Assembly: GCA_016183565.1 (NCBI GenBank)
Contig: JACPEJ010000001.1
Location: 226,577-290,576 of the forward strand
From: Candidatus Blackburnbacteria bacterium
Lineage (GTDB): Bacteria > Patescibacteriota > Microgenomatia > UBA8517 > UBA10165
DNA length: 64,000 nt
Direction of reading: 5' to 3'
This document shows positions 19,585 to 28,839 of this stretch, piece after piece. The notes under the pieces are model-generated. The model was not told the origin of the DNA, made no database searches, and was given only the letters and a program-made list of their open reading frames with translations. How positions within the stretch are numbered: the stretch's first letter is position 1; every line of letters begins with the position of its first letter. Both the position numbers and the translations under genes were made by a program.

Positions 19585-20166
19585 ATGAGATATATAGGAC
19601 CTAAAGATAGATTATCAAGGAGAGAGGGAGTGGACCTTTTTGGTACTGGTGCAAAATTAACACGTTTGACTGTGCCGCCTGGTATGCATGGTTCAAAAGT
19701 GATGAGGAAGCTTTCTGGTTACGGAAGGCAGCTAAGGGAGAAGCAAAAAGCAAAAAGAATTTATGGAGTTTCAGAAAAACAGTTTAGGGCTTATGTGGAG
19801 AAATCTCAGAAGAGCAAGAATCTTATTGAGCTTCTTGAGAGAAGGTTGGACAATGTTGTCTACCGATTAGCTTTTGCACCTACTAGGTCGGCTGCTAGAC
19901 AACTTGTATCTCACAGGCATATATTGATCGATGGGAGCTTGGTTAATATTCCATCTTACCAAGTGGAGAAGGATCAAGTAGTTGCTCTTGATTCTAAGGC
20001 GCAAAATATACCAGAGGTTAAAAAGATGCTAGATTTATCTCTGGATGTAATACCAGGGTGGTTGGAAAGAAAGGCTGCAGTAGGTAGGGTTGTACGAATG
20101 CCTAACAGTGAAGATGTGATGGAGCCGATCTCAGAGCAAGAAATTATTGAGTTTTACTCACGCTAG
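19585..20166 (+). CDS. rpsD: 30S ribosomal protein S4
   Basis: MRYIGPKDRLSRREG..., S4 domain. Confidence 0.92.
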   Translation: MRYIGPKDRLSRREGVDLFGTGAKLTRLTVPPGMHGSKVMRKLSGYGRQLREKQKAKRIYGVSEKQFRAYVEKSQKSKNLIELLERRLDNVVYRLAFAPTRSAARQLVSHRHILIDGSLVNIPSYQVEKDQVVALDSKAQNIPEVKKMLDLSLDVIPGWLERKAAVGRVVRMPNSEDVMEPISEQEIIEFYSR

Positions 20167-20308
20167 TGAGCGGGCTCTAGACTTTTAGTGTGTGGTAGCT
20201 TATAATGTGTTTTTGGCAAAGCCAAAAACACATTGAAGCGACTGGTAGGAACTATCAGGAGCGCTATAATGTAAGGTCTGAAAGTATTTGTAAGGAGGTG
20301 AAAAAGCT

Positions 20309-21265
20309 TTGGGTAAAACAAATCAGAATTTCTCTTCAACTTCGTATAAACCGTTATTGTTTCAATTAGAACAAAAAGAAACACAAGAAACCTACGGTGA
20401 ATTTGTAATAGAACCTTTGGAACAAGGATATGGGCACACATTGGGTACTTCTTTGCGTCGAGTTTTGCTAACTGGTCTTTCTGGTGCGGCAATAACACAG
20501 GTTAAAATTGTTGGCATGAAGCATCAATTTGGTCCTGTAAAGGGTGTAAAAGAAGATGGGGTGGATTTACTACTTAATCTTAAGAAGATTAGGGTTTCTT
20601 ATTCAGGCGAGAAGCCTGTTAAACTTACACTCTCTGCGAAAGGAAAGGGTCAGGTTTTAGCAGGAGATATAAAAACACCAGCTGATGTTCAGATAGCGAA
20701 TCCAGATTTTGTTATTGCGACTTTGGCAGATGATAAAAGCAAGCTTGAATTAGAGCTTCAAGTAGAATCCGGTGTTGGCTACTCTCCTTCGGAGGATCGT
20801 AAGACTAATATGGTTGGACAGATTCCATTAGATGCTGACTTTTCGCCACTACGTCGTGTGAATTACAAAGTTGAAGAAACACGAGTTGGGCGTCTTACGA
20901 ATTATGATAAGTTGACTTTGCAGGTGTGGACGGATGGTTCAGTGAATGCTTCAGATGCTGTTAAAAAAGCGTCTGAAATACTGTTAGGTTATTTTAACCA
21001 TCTTGTTTCTCCTGTGGTTAAAAATAGTTCTGCTGTAAAAACTAAAAATTTGGAAACTTCAGTAACAAGTAAGTTTTCAGTTGAAGAGCTAAGTCTTCCT
21101 ACAAGGATTGTAAATGCTTTGATTGGAGCTTCGTATGAAACAGTTGAAGATATTGTTCGTTCGAACAAGACAGAACTTGCCAAGATCAGAAATTTGGGAG
21201 AAAAGTCAGTTAAAATAATAGAAGCAGCTCTTGGAGAAAAAGGTATTTCTTGGAAAGGAGAGTAG
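20309..21265 (+). CDS. rpoA: DNA-directed RNA polymerase subunit alpha (TTG start, strong SD taaggaggtg)
   Basis: EPLEQGYGHTLGTSLRRVLL; 318 aa with a C-terminal domain. Confidence 0.92.
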   Translation: MGKTNQNFSSTSYKPLLFQLEQKETQETYGEFVIEPLEQGYGHTLGTSLRRVLLTGLSGAAITQVKIVGMKHQFGPVKGVKEDGVDLLLNLKKIRVSYSGEKPVKLTLSAKGKGQVLAGDIKTPADVQIANPDFVIATLADDKSKLELELQVESGVGYSPSEDRKTNMVGQIPLDADFSPLRRVNYKVEETRVGRLTNYDKLTLQVWTDGSVNASDAVKKASEILLGYFNHLVSPVVKNSSAVKTKNLETSVTSKFSVEELSLPTRIVNALIGASYETVEDIVRSNKTELAKIRNLGEKSVKIIEAALGEKGISWKGE

Positions 21266-21268
21266 ACT

Positions 21269-21664
21269 TTGTTAAAGCGAAATAGAGTTAAAAAGCTGGG
21301 AAGAGACAAAGATGCTCGTAGAGCTCTTTTTAAGAGCTTGGTTTCTTCTTTGTTTGAGAAAGGGAGTTTAAGTACTTCAGAGCAGAGAGCAAAGGCTGTA
21401 GTTCCTCTCGTGGATCGGATTGTTGCGATTGCTAAAAAGGGTGACCTTAATGCTCAAAAGAGAATATCTGTGCTTTTGAGCGGTGATCGTAGGTTGGTTC
21501 GGCAGGTAATAGAGAGAGCGAAAAATATTGAGAAGACAAGTGGAGTTACCCGAATTGTTAAGCTAGGTAGACGATTGGGGGACGGTTCCCAGAGGGTAAA
21601 GCTGGAACTTTTGTTAAACAAACAGGTGTCTGTGGAAGTACCTTCTGAAGTAGCCAGTGTTTAG
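21269..21664 (+). CDS. rplQ: 50S ribosomal protein L17 (TTG start)
   Basis: KKLGRDKDARRALFKSLVSSLFEKGSL. Confidence 0.88.
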   Translation: MLKRNRVKKLGRDKDARRALFKSLVSSLFEKGSLSTSEQRAKAVVPLVDRIVAIAKKGDLNAQKRISVLLSGDRRLVRQVIERAKNIEKTSGVTRIVKLGRRLGDGSQRVKLELLLNKQVSVEVPSEVASV

Positions 21665-21685
21665 CATATCAGGGAGTTAGGTTAT

Positions 21686-22120
21686 ATGGCTCAGCTATTT
21701 AAAACTTACCATCCAAAAGTAGAAGATATTAAAAGGGAGTGGCATCTTGTTGATGTTAAGGATCAGATTCTTGGGAGAACAGCAACAAAGATTGCAGCTC
21801 TTTTAATGGGTAAACGCAAAAGAATTTATTCACCACATGTGGATATGGGAGACTATGTGGTAGTTGTTAATAGTAGTGGTGTTAGGGTTACTGGGAACAA
21901 AGAGGAAAATAAAGTATACTATCGGCATTCAGGGTACCCAGGGGGTTTAAGAGCAACGGTGTTGGAAGAACAAAGAAAGAAAAATCCAAATAAAATTGTT
22001 GAGCTTGCAGTTAAAAGGATGTTGCCCACAAATCGGTTGAGAGATAAAAGATTGGCGAGATTAAAGGTTTTTTCTGGTAGTGAACATTCTTACGAAAGAA
22101 AGTTTGAGGTTAAAAATTAA
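21686..22120 (+). CDS. rplM: 50S ribosomal protein L13
   Basis: KREWHLVDVKDQILGRTATKIAALLMGK. Confidence 0.92.
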   Translation: MAQLFKTYHPKVEDIKREWHLVDVKDQILGRTATKIAALLMGKRKRIYSPHVDMGDYVVVVNSSGVRVTGNKEENKVYYRHSGYPGGLRATVLEEQRKKNPNKIVELAVKRMLPTNRLRDKRLARLKVFSGSEHSYERKFEVKN

Positions 22121-22122
22121 GT

Positions 22123-22539
22123 ATGGCAGCGAGAAAGAAAGTCAGCAATAATTTTACTTTTGCAGTTGGTCGTCGTAGGACGTCGGTTGCTCGTGTGCGT
22201 CTTTCTAGGGGCAGTGAGCAACATATTGTGAATAATATTGTAATTGGTGAATATTTTCCAGGTGATGAGCAGAAGAGGTTGTGGAATCGACCTTTCCAAA
22301 TTACTCAAACAGAAGGTAAGTATCATGTGACTGCGAGGATTGAAGGAGGAGGTAAGAGGGGGCAGTTGGGGGCTTTTGTGCATGGAGTTGCAAGGGCTTT
22401 GGTAGCTTTGGACTCTGAAAATTATAAACCTCTGCTTCGAAAATGTGGCCTTTTAACTCGTGACCCCCGCGCCAGACAGCGCCGAATGGTTGGAATGGGT
22501 GGAAAGTCAAGAAGAAAAAAGCAGTCTCCAAAGCGATAA
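22123..22539 (+). CDS. rpsI: 30S ribosomal protein S9
   Basis: C-terminal ...KSRRKKQSPKR. Confidence 0.92.
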   Translation: MAARKKVSNNFTFAVGRRRTSVARVRLSRGSEQHIVNNIVIGEYFPGDEQKRLWNRPFQITQTEGKYHVTARIEGGGKRGQLGAFVHGVARALVALDSENYKPLLRKCGLLTRDPRARQRRMVGMGGKSRRKKQSPKR

Positions 22540-23336
22540 TGAACAGCCAACCAATTGGTATTTTTGATTCGGGAGTTGGGGGCTTGACAGTTGCGAAAGG
22601 AATATTGGAAGCTTTGCCCAAGGAAAGTATTGTCTATATAGGAGACACTGCTCGTGTCCCTTATGGCACTCGTGGAATTGAGATAATTACTCAGTTTGCT
22701 ACAGAGCTTGTTCAGTTTCTTCTAAAGCATAATGTCAAAATACTTGTTGCTGCATGTAATACAATATCAGCAACTTGTTTAGATAAGCTTCAAGAGAACT
22801 CTCCGGTTCCGGTTATTGGTGTTATAAAACCTGCTGTTTTAGAAGCGAGCAAAACAACCAGAAACAAAAAAGTTGGGGTAATTGGAACACGAGCTATAGT
22901 GAACAGCAAGATTTACGAAAAGGAGATTGCGAAACTTGATTCAGAGATTGAAGTCTTGTCCCAAGTGTGTCCTTTGTTTGTACCAATTGCCGAAGAAGGG
23001 ATGGGCAATAATGGTATAGCAAAACTTGCCGCGAGTCAGTATTTAGATGTGTTTAATGAAATAAACATAGATACTCTAATTTTAGGTTGTACCCATTATC
23101 CTCTTTTGAGAGAGGTAATTCAGGAAGTTGTGGGGATAGATGTTACGTTAGTTGATTCTGCGCATCCTACGGCCAGAGACTTGAAGGCTTTTCTTGAGGA
23201 GAATAATTTGCTGAATGCGGTTGGTGATGTTACTAAGCAATTTTTTGTTACAGATGCTCCTGAGAGAGTTCGGGAGGTTGCAGATGTGTTTTTGGGTTGT
23301 CATGTGGTACCTGCTTTAGAAAAAGTAACGCTTTAA
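22539..23336 (+). CDS. murI: glutamate racemase
   Basis: IGIFDSGVGGLTV, ACNT, GCTHYP motifs. Confidence 0.88.
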   Translation: MNSQPIGIFDSGVGGLTVAKGILEALPKESIVYIGDTARVPYGTRGIEIITQFATELVQFLLKHNVKILVAACNTISATCLDKLQENSPVPVIGVIKPAVLEASKTTRNKKVGVIGTRAIVNSKIYEKEIAKLDSEIEVLSQVCPLFVPIAEEGMGNNGIAKLAASQYLDVFNEINIDTLILGCTHYPLLREVIQEVVGIDVTLVDSAHPTARDLKAFLEENNLLNAVGDVTKQFFVTDAPERVREVADVFLGCHVVPALEKVTL

Positions 23337-23397
23337 TTTAGCTTCATTCGGAGCATTTTCTGTGGTAAAATAAGGCGGTTTCTATTTAGGGAATCAG

Positions 23398-23468
23398 CGG
23401 GGAATAGTTTAACGGCAGAATGCGCCCATGGGGTGGGTGTGGTAGGTGTTCAATTCACCTTTCCCCGA
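23398..23468 (+). tRNA. tRNA-Pro (anticodon GGG), 71 nt, CCA not encoded
   Basis: hand-folded: perfect 7-bp acceptor stem cggggaa/ttccccg with the C1:G72 pair and A73 typical of bacterial tRNA-Pro; U8; D-loop with GG; anticodon stem cgccc/gggtg; loop aUGGGGu with U33 and G37; T-stem aggtg/cacct; T-loop TTCAATT. Confidence 0.8.
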
Positions 23469-23506
23469 AAGCTATAGGATATGGTAGTAAGAAATATCTA
23501 CTTCTT

Positions 23507-23535
23507 GACTTCGGGTTAAATTTGGCATAATGTAA
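23507..23535 (+). promoter_or_regulatory. sigma70-like promoter (TTGACT-17-TAATGT, extended TGG-C-ATAAT) for the island's first gene
   Basis: seen in sequence upstream of 23540. Confidence 0.45.
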
Positions 23536-23539
23536 GATT

Positions 23540-24376
23540 ATGGCCACTACGATAGCAATTTTTGAAGGTAAAAAAATCCGCAGACATTGGGATGAGGAAA
23601 ATGAAAAATGGTGGTTTGCTGTGGTTGATATAGTATCTGTGTTGTCTGAGAGTACGAACCCACAAGTATATTGGAGAGTACTCAAAAAAAGACTGCTTGA
23701 TGAAGGTGCAAATGAAACCGTTACAAAATGTAACGATTTGAAAATGCTAGCAGCAGACGGAAAAATGCGTCTTACTGATGTGGCAGATGTTGAAACAATG
23801 CTTAGAATAATCCAATCAATTCCTTCTCCTAATGCTGAACCTTTTAAATTATGGCTTGCCCGTGTTGGTTATGAACGGATTGAAGAAGCAGAAGATCCAG
23901 AAAAAGCTATCCAGAGAGCAATGAACTTTTACTTAAAACGTGGCTATTCTAAAGATTGGGTGAACCAAAGACTAAAAAGCATTGAGATTAGAAAAGAATT
24001 AACTTATGAGTGGGAAAACAGAGGAGTTAAAGGAGATAATAAATTTGCCATACTGACTGACGTAATTACTTTTGCTTGGGCTGGTTTAAAAACAAGAGAT
24101 TACAAGAAATATAAGGGATTAAAAAAGGAAAATTTAAGGGACAACATGACTAATCTTGAACTTGTCCTTAATATGTTAGCTGAAGCCTCAACCACAGAAA
24201 TCTCCGAGAAAGTTGAACCGAAAAGCTTTAAGGAGAATAGAAAAGTTGCTAGGGAAGGTGGAACAATTGCGGGGACTGCCAGAAAACAAATTGAAAAAAG
24301 AACAGGTAGAAAGGTTGTTTCAAAATTAAATGCTAAAAAGCTAGGGCTTTTAGACAGCGAGATTGATAAAGAATAA
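23540..24376 (+). CDS. DinD-like protein (Bro-N/KilA-N-type N-terminal domain)
   Basis: N-terminal AIFEGKKIRRHWDEENEKWWFAVVDIVSVL resembles the Bro-N/DinD pattern; ~275 aa like E. coli DinD. Confidence 0.5.
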   Translation: MATTIAIFEGKKIRRHWDEENEKWWFAVVDIVSVLSESTNPQVYWRVLKKRLLDEGANETVTKCNDLKMLAADGKMRLTDVADVETMLRIIQSIPSPNAEPFKLWLARVGYERIEEAEDPEKAIQRAMNFYLKRGYSKDWVNQRLKSIEIRKELTYEWENRGVKGDNKFAILTDVITFAWAGLKTRDYKKYKGLKKENLRDNMTNLELVLNMLAEASTTEISEKVEPKSFKENRKVAREGGTIAGTARKQIEKRTGRKVVSKLNAKKLGLLDSEIDKE

Positions 24377-24502
24377 CGCTTAAATTGAGTTGTCCGAAAG
24401 AATCGTACAACAAAGTTTTGAAGGACTAAAGTGCAAGTGCATACAATCTTGACAAGGGGTTTGTAAAGAATTATTCTACAGATAGGCTAGTCCACAGGAC
24501 GA

Positions 24503-24985
24503 ATGACTGAACCTACAGGCGAAATTAGTCGGGGTTTGGAAGCCGAAGTAAATCTCCAGGGAGAATTACTGTCCTCAGTTTTTTTTTGGTCTCTTCAAAG
24601 AATAGATTCTGAAACTGGTGTTTGGAACGGGAGGGTGGATTGCGAGGGACATGCTGTTGATGTTGTTATCTCGGCACATTCTGCAAAAGATTCTCCGTAT
24701 CCTCGTTATGCAACTATCGAGATCCGGGACGGTTTTAGAGAAGAAACATGGGTTTTACGAGAACATGAAGACCGCCGGATGTTTTCACTGGTGAGTACAT
24801 CGTCTTCTTCTATGCTTTTTGGCGAGTCTGTAAAAACCCCCGAAGAGCGACCTAGTGGTGTTGGTTTGACGGTTTGGTTGCAAGATGGAGGGGTAGATAT
24901 GGCGCGGACTGGGGTGGGTTGTTCGGGGGCAATTAATGCCTTGAAGACGTTTACGGCTGCGGTTTACAAGAGTGATGCTTCTTGA
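24503..24985 (+). CDS. hypothetical protein (160 aa) in the island
   Basis: ORF only; no recognisable motif. Confidence 0.45.
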   Translation: MTEPTGEISRGLEAEVNLQGELLSSVFFWSLQRIDSETGVWNGRVDCEGHAVDVVISAHSAKDSPYPRYATIEIRDGFREETWVLREHEDRRMFSLVSTSSSSMLFGESVKTPEERPSGVGLTVWLQDGGVDMARTGVGCSGAINALKTFTAAVYKSDAS

Positions 24986-25108
24986 GTTACAGAATATCTT
25001 TTTAACCTGCAGACTTTTGACATCTCCAGAGATAGTTTCTACTTACTAAATTCGCGACTTTGAGAAATTTCTTCTACAGGAAGTTTTGTATCGAGTCATA
25101 GCTTATAG

Positions 25109-25137
25109 TTTGAATTCAAAATAGTTTTTTGTTACAA
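25109..25137 (+). promoter_or_regulatory. sigma70-like promoter TTGAAT-17-TACAAT; predicted transcript start ~3 nt before ATG 25147 (near-leaderless)
   Basis: TTGAAT at 25109-25114, TACAAT at 25132-25137. Confidence 0.5.
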
Positions 25138-25146
25138 TCTGGGGAG

Positions 25147-26901
25147 ATGACCATTGAAACCACATCTCAAGACAACCGTGAGGCCAGGCGTCTTAATGCT
25201 GCCATGGACCGTCGGACCACCCCGGCCTCGGCCAAGTTATTAGAGCTGATACATCAACAAAGACATCAAGCAGAAACAGCCTGGCATGAAATGATTAGAC
25301 GGCCTGGCATAAGTTTGGCCCAGCTAATTTATCAAACTGAACCAGTTGTACCGGCTATGGTAGAAAAAATGCGCTCCTTTTCTCAGTCTCTAGCCCAAGC
25401 TAAAGGAGTGAGGCAACCACCAGAGGAGCAACCCCGTCAGCGATGGGCTAAGTACCTCAATGGTTTAAGCAAAGAAGATTATTATTCATTAAAAGTTGGC
25501 GGCATCAAGGGTTTAGGAAGAGAAGGAACATCGCTTTCAGATATTGAAACAATGTCCCTGCCCCTGTCTTTAGAGGATATTAACAGGATTAACCGTATTT
25601 ATCGTCATAATTTGCTGTTTCGTGCTAATAGTCAAGAGACATTTATTGCCCAGTCAGGTCTTGTTTTGGCTGCCCAGCCATGGGCCAGGCCAGATTTAAA
25701 ACAGGCAATCCCTGCTACTATTAGGCCTTTATTTGATCGGTTGACCAACTATTGGGATTACCATACCAACTTAATAGCCAATCCGGTATTTGATACTGGC
25801 GAGGAAGCCAAGCTGGCCACGATGGTTGGTTGGTTAGGTAAAGGTTTTTTTAAAAGTCTGGCCCTGTTTATACCAGCTCGTTTAGGTATTACTCCAGCTT
25901 CAACCATGAAGTTGTTTGAATATCATTCAGCCTTTTCCGGGCTTGATCTAACTTGGAAGATGATCACTGATTTGCTTGGCCCAGAGCTGGTCCAGGCCTA
26001 CCGTCCTGATAATTTGCCACCTGACCTGCAACCATATCAGCAATATGCCCCTGAAGCTGACAAAAAAACCAGTCAGGTTTTGGGTAGATATTATCAAAAT
26101 CAAGCTGCCTCAGAGCTGGTTAGCCACCTTGACAGCTGGCAGAGTTTCTTGAGGCTTGGCCTTTACTGGAAAGCCCTTCGGACAGATATTTTAACTTCAG
26201 GCTCCAACCGGCTGGAGTTTAGATTGCCAGACCACCCAGTCTTTAATGAAGTGATACTGACCTGCCAAAATAAACAGGTCTTGATATTTATTCTCAGTTT
26301 GGCTTTGGATCAGACACATTTAACTTTAGAAATTGATAATCAGGGCCGCCTTTTCGGGTTGCCAGCTGATTTAGTTTGGGAGTCACCATCTGCCGGTCAT
26401 TATCTAATTCAGGATATCCTCAGTCCAATTTTAGAGTGGGCCCGCAACCTTCACCCGCAAATTGAACCAAGCCCACTAGTAGCCACCACTGCTCCAAGTA
26501 AAAAAACCCAGCCAGCTTTAGTCCAAAGCAGTGTTAATCAGGTAGAGGCTGTGCCTCGATCTTCGGTAGTTAAACGCCGTCGTTTGCCTCTACCAGCACC
26601 TTTTCAGGAACCAGACTTACCCTTACCAGTTAGGCCAGTTAGGCAACAGTTGACAGTGATTTACTCCCGGAGTCAGGTTCGTGAATTGTTGGGACCCAAA
26701 ACTCCTGAGAAGGTAGTTACACAGATTATGGGAGCTATTAAACAGCTTGAGTATGGCTCAAGGAAATTAGAGTCAGTTAAAGCACTACCAGGTTGTTATA
26801 AATTTCGCAGTGGTAACTACCGGGTTATAGTTAGACCTGAGGATGGGCAGGTTTACTTTTTAGTGAATATAGGCTATAGGCGGAATATCTATGATTTTTA
26901 G
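25147..26901 (+). CDS. large (~585 aa) protein: unknown N-terminal ~500 aa fused to a C-terminal RelE/ParE-family mRNA-interferase domain
   Basis: C-terminus ...ALPGCYKFRSGNYRVIVRPEDGQVYFLVNIGYRRNIYDF aligns with E. coli RelE ...MPDCYKIKLRSSGYRLVYQVIDEKVVVFVISVGKRERSEVY, including Lys, Arg and Tyr positions; the ORF-track start TTG 25129 lies inside the promoter, so ATG 25147 is preferred. Confidence 0.7.
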   Translation: MTIETTSQDNREARRLNAAMDRRTTPASAKLLELIHQQRHQAETAWHEMIRRPGISLAQLIYQTEPVVPAMVEKMRSFSQSLAQAKGVRQPPEEQPRQRWAKYLNGLSKEDYYSLKVGGIKGLGREGTSLSDIETMSLPLSLEDINRINRIYRHNLLFRANSQETFIAQSGLVLAAQPWARPDLKQAIPATIRPLFDRLTNYWDYHTNLIANPVFDTGEEAKLATMVGWLGKGFFKSLALFIPARLGITPASTMKLFEYHSAFSGLDLTWKMITDLLGPELVQAYRPDNLPPDLQPYQQYAPEADKKTSQVLGRYYQNQAASELVSHLDSWQSFLRLGLYWKALRTDILTSGSNRLEFRLPDHPVFNEVILTCQNKQVLIFILSLALDQTHLTLEIDNQGRLFGLPADLVWESPSAGHYLIQDILSPILEWARNLHPQIEPSPLVATTAPSKKTQPALVQSSVNQVEAVPRSSVVKRRRLPLPAPFQEPDLPLPVRPVRQQLTVIYSRSQVRELLGPKTPEKVVTQIMGAIKQLEYGSRKLESVKALPGCYKFRSGNYRVIVRPEDGQVYFLVNIGYRRNIYDF

Positions 26902-26988
26902 TGGACACAAGTTGCGCTGGAAAATTTTGAATATTTACCTTTACAAGGGTTGTGTTTTAAAATTTTTGCGGTATAATTTTTCTTGATA

Positions 26989-28074
26989 ATGCCAAGAAAA
27001 AATAATTCGGAAACACAGACTCCCACACAAGTAGATGCTTCACAGAAACTTCAGGCAATTAAGGTTGCAATGGAACAGATCCAGAAGCAATATGGGCAGG
27101 GTTCTATTATGCGTCTTGGGGAGAGAATGAATGCTCAAGGAGAGGTAGATGTAATCCCCACGGGTTCTATTGCTTTGGATCTTGCGCTTGGTATTGGAGG
27201 ATTTCCGCGAGGAAGGGTTATTGAGGTTTATGGACCCGAGGCGAGCGGCAAAACCACAGTGGTGTTGCATGCTATTGCAGAGGCGCAGAAAAGAGGTGGA
27301 ACTGCAGCATTTGTTGATGCCGAACATGCATTGGATCCAATTCGAGCTGAGGCTATTGGTGTCAATGTTGATGATCTTCTTATTTCTCAACCTGATACAG
27401 GAGAACAAGCTTTAGAGATTGTCGAAACACTAGTTCGATCCGGGGCTGTTGATATTATTGTTGTAGATTCAGTTGCTGCGCTTGTTCCAAGGGCAGAGAT
27501 TGAGGGGGAAATGGGAGATGCTGTTATGGGTGTTCAGGCGAGACTTATGTCTCAAGCGCTTCGTAAACTGACTGGGGCGATTGCGAAAACACGGACTTGT
27601 TTGATTTTTACAAATCAACTTCGTTTGAAGATTGGTGTAATGTTTGGGAATCCTGAGACTACTCCTGGTGGGTTGGCATTAAAGTTTTATGCTTCAGTAC
27701 GTATTGATCTTCGTAAAACAGAGTCTATAAAAGAAGGAGATAATATTGTTGGTTCACGGCACAGGGCAAGAATTGTTAAAAATAAAGTTGCTCCTCCTTT
27801 TCGGGTTGCTGAATTTGATATTACCAATGAAGCAGGTGTTTCTAAGGCTGGGGGTTTGATAGATGTAGGGGTAGAGCTTGCTTTACTTGAACGAAGTGGT
27901 GCGTTTTATAGATACAATAGTATGGTACTGGGGCAAGGAAAGTCTGCTGCGATTAGTTTTTTGCAAGATCCAACTAATCAAAAAGTTGCTGAGGAAATAG
28001 AAAAGAAAATTAGAAGTACTGCTACCTCTGTTAAGCTTCCTAAAGAAATAGGAGAGGTGACTGAAGAAGAGTAG
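26989..28074 (+). CDS. recA: recombinase RecA
   Basis: GPEASGKTT Walker A, ...FVDAEHALD... Confidence 0.95.
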   Translation: MPRKNNSETQTPTQVDASQKLQAIKVAMEQIQKQYGQGSIMRLGERMNAQGEVDVIPTGSIALDLALGIGGFPRGRVIEVYGPEASGKTTVVLHAIAEAQKRGGTAAFVDAEHALDPIRAEAIGVNVDDLLISQPDTGEQALEIVETLVRSGAVDIIVVDSVAALVPRAEIEGEMGDAVMGVQARLMSQALRKLTGAIAKTRTCLIFTNQLRLKIGVMFGNPETTPGGLALKFYASVRIDLRKTESIKEGDNIVGSRHRARIVKNKVAPPFRVAEFDITNEAGVSKAGGLIDVGVELALLERSGAFYRYNSMVLGQGKSAAISFLQDPTNQKVAEEIEKKIRSTATSVKLPKEIGEVTEEE

Positions 28075-28697
28075 TGTCTACAATTACTAAAGTAGTTCAA
28101 CAGAAAAATAAAAATCGAGCAAATCTTTATTTGGATGGAAAGTTTGCTTTTGGGGTTTCTTTAGAAGCAATTTTTAAGTATGGTTTAAAGCAGGGCAAAA
28201 CTCTAAGTTGGGAAGAGATAGCAAATTTACGCTCTAAGGGAAGCGAGGAAAAGATTTACGCTTCTGCTGTAAACTTTGCTACTGTTAGACCAAGGAGCGG
28301 AAAAGAGATAGTGGATTGGTTTAAACGGAAAGGTGTTGATAAGGAAGTTTCGGAAAAGGTGTTTAATCAATTAAAGAGATTGGATTTGGTGGATGATAAA
28401 AGTTTTGCGAAGTGGTGGGTTGAAAGTCGCACTAGTTTTAAGTTCTACTCGCGCAAACTTTTGAAATTTGAGTTAAAACAAAAAGGGGTTGATCAGAAGA
28501 TTATAGATTTAGTTTTGGAAGAGACAGATGTTCCTTCCGAGATACAGCTTGCAAAGCAGGCTTTGAGGAAAAAGGTAAGAGACAGGGTAGATTTTTCAGA
28601 AGACGATAAGAGGAGGCTTTGCGGCTTTTTGGGGCGTCGGGGTTTTTCTTGGAGCACGATAAAGCGTGCCGTTGACGAAGTGTTTACAAAGGAGTAA
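28074..28697 (+). CDS. recX: regulatory protein RecX
   Basis: ~207-aa helical-repeat protein immediately after recA; LYLDGKFAFGVSLE. Confidence 0.75.
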   Translation: MSTITKVVQQKNKNRANLYLDGKFAFGVSLEAIFKYGLKQGKTLSWEEIANLRSKGSEEKIYASAVNFATVRPRSGKEIVDWFKRKGVDKEVSEKVFNQLKRLDLVDDKSFAKWWVESRTSFKFYSRKLLKFELKQKGVDQKIIDLVLEETDVPSEIQLAKQALRKKVRDRVDFSEDDKRRLCGFLGRRGFSWSTIKRAVDEVFTKE

Positions 28698-28839
28698 GAT
28701 TTGGTAAAGAGGGAAAAAAGATGGATATTGCAAATTCTTTAGAAGTATATCCTCAACTGGCTGTCAACTGATGGTTGATTTAAAGTGCCTCTTTTTTCCT
28801 ATCCATTCCCGAAGGGAGTGATCTTAACTTAAATATAAA

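Noticed and set aside
23392-23470. Possibility that the tRNA-like sequence is a pseudo-tRNA or part of a structured intergenic repeat
   Set aside because: The complete cloverleaf, with its 7-bp acceptor stem, U8, U33, G37, canonical T-loop and the C1:G72/A73 identity elements of tRNA-Pro, argues for a genuine tRNA gene. The D-stem is weak (two G:U pairs), so this should be confirmed with tRNAscan-SE or ARAGORN.
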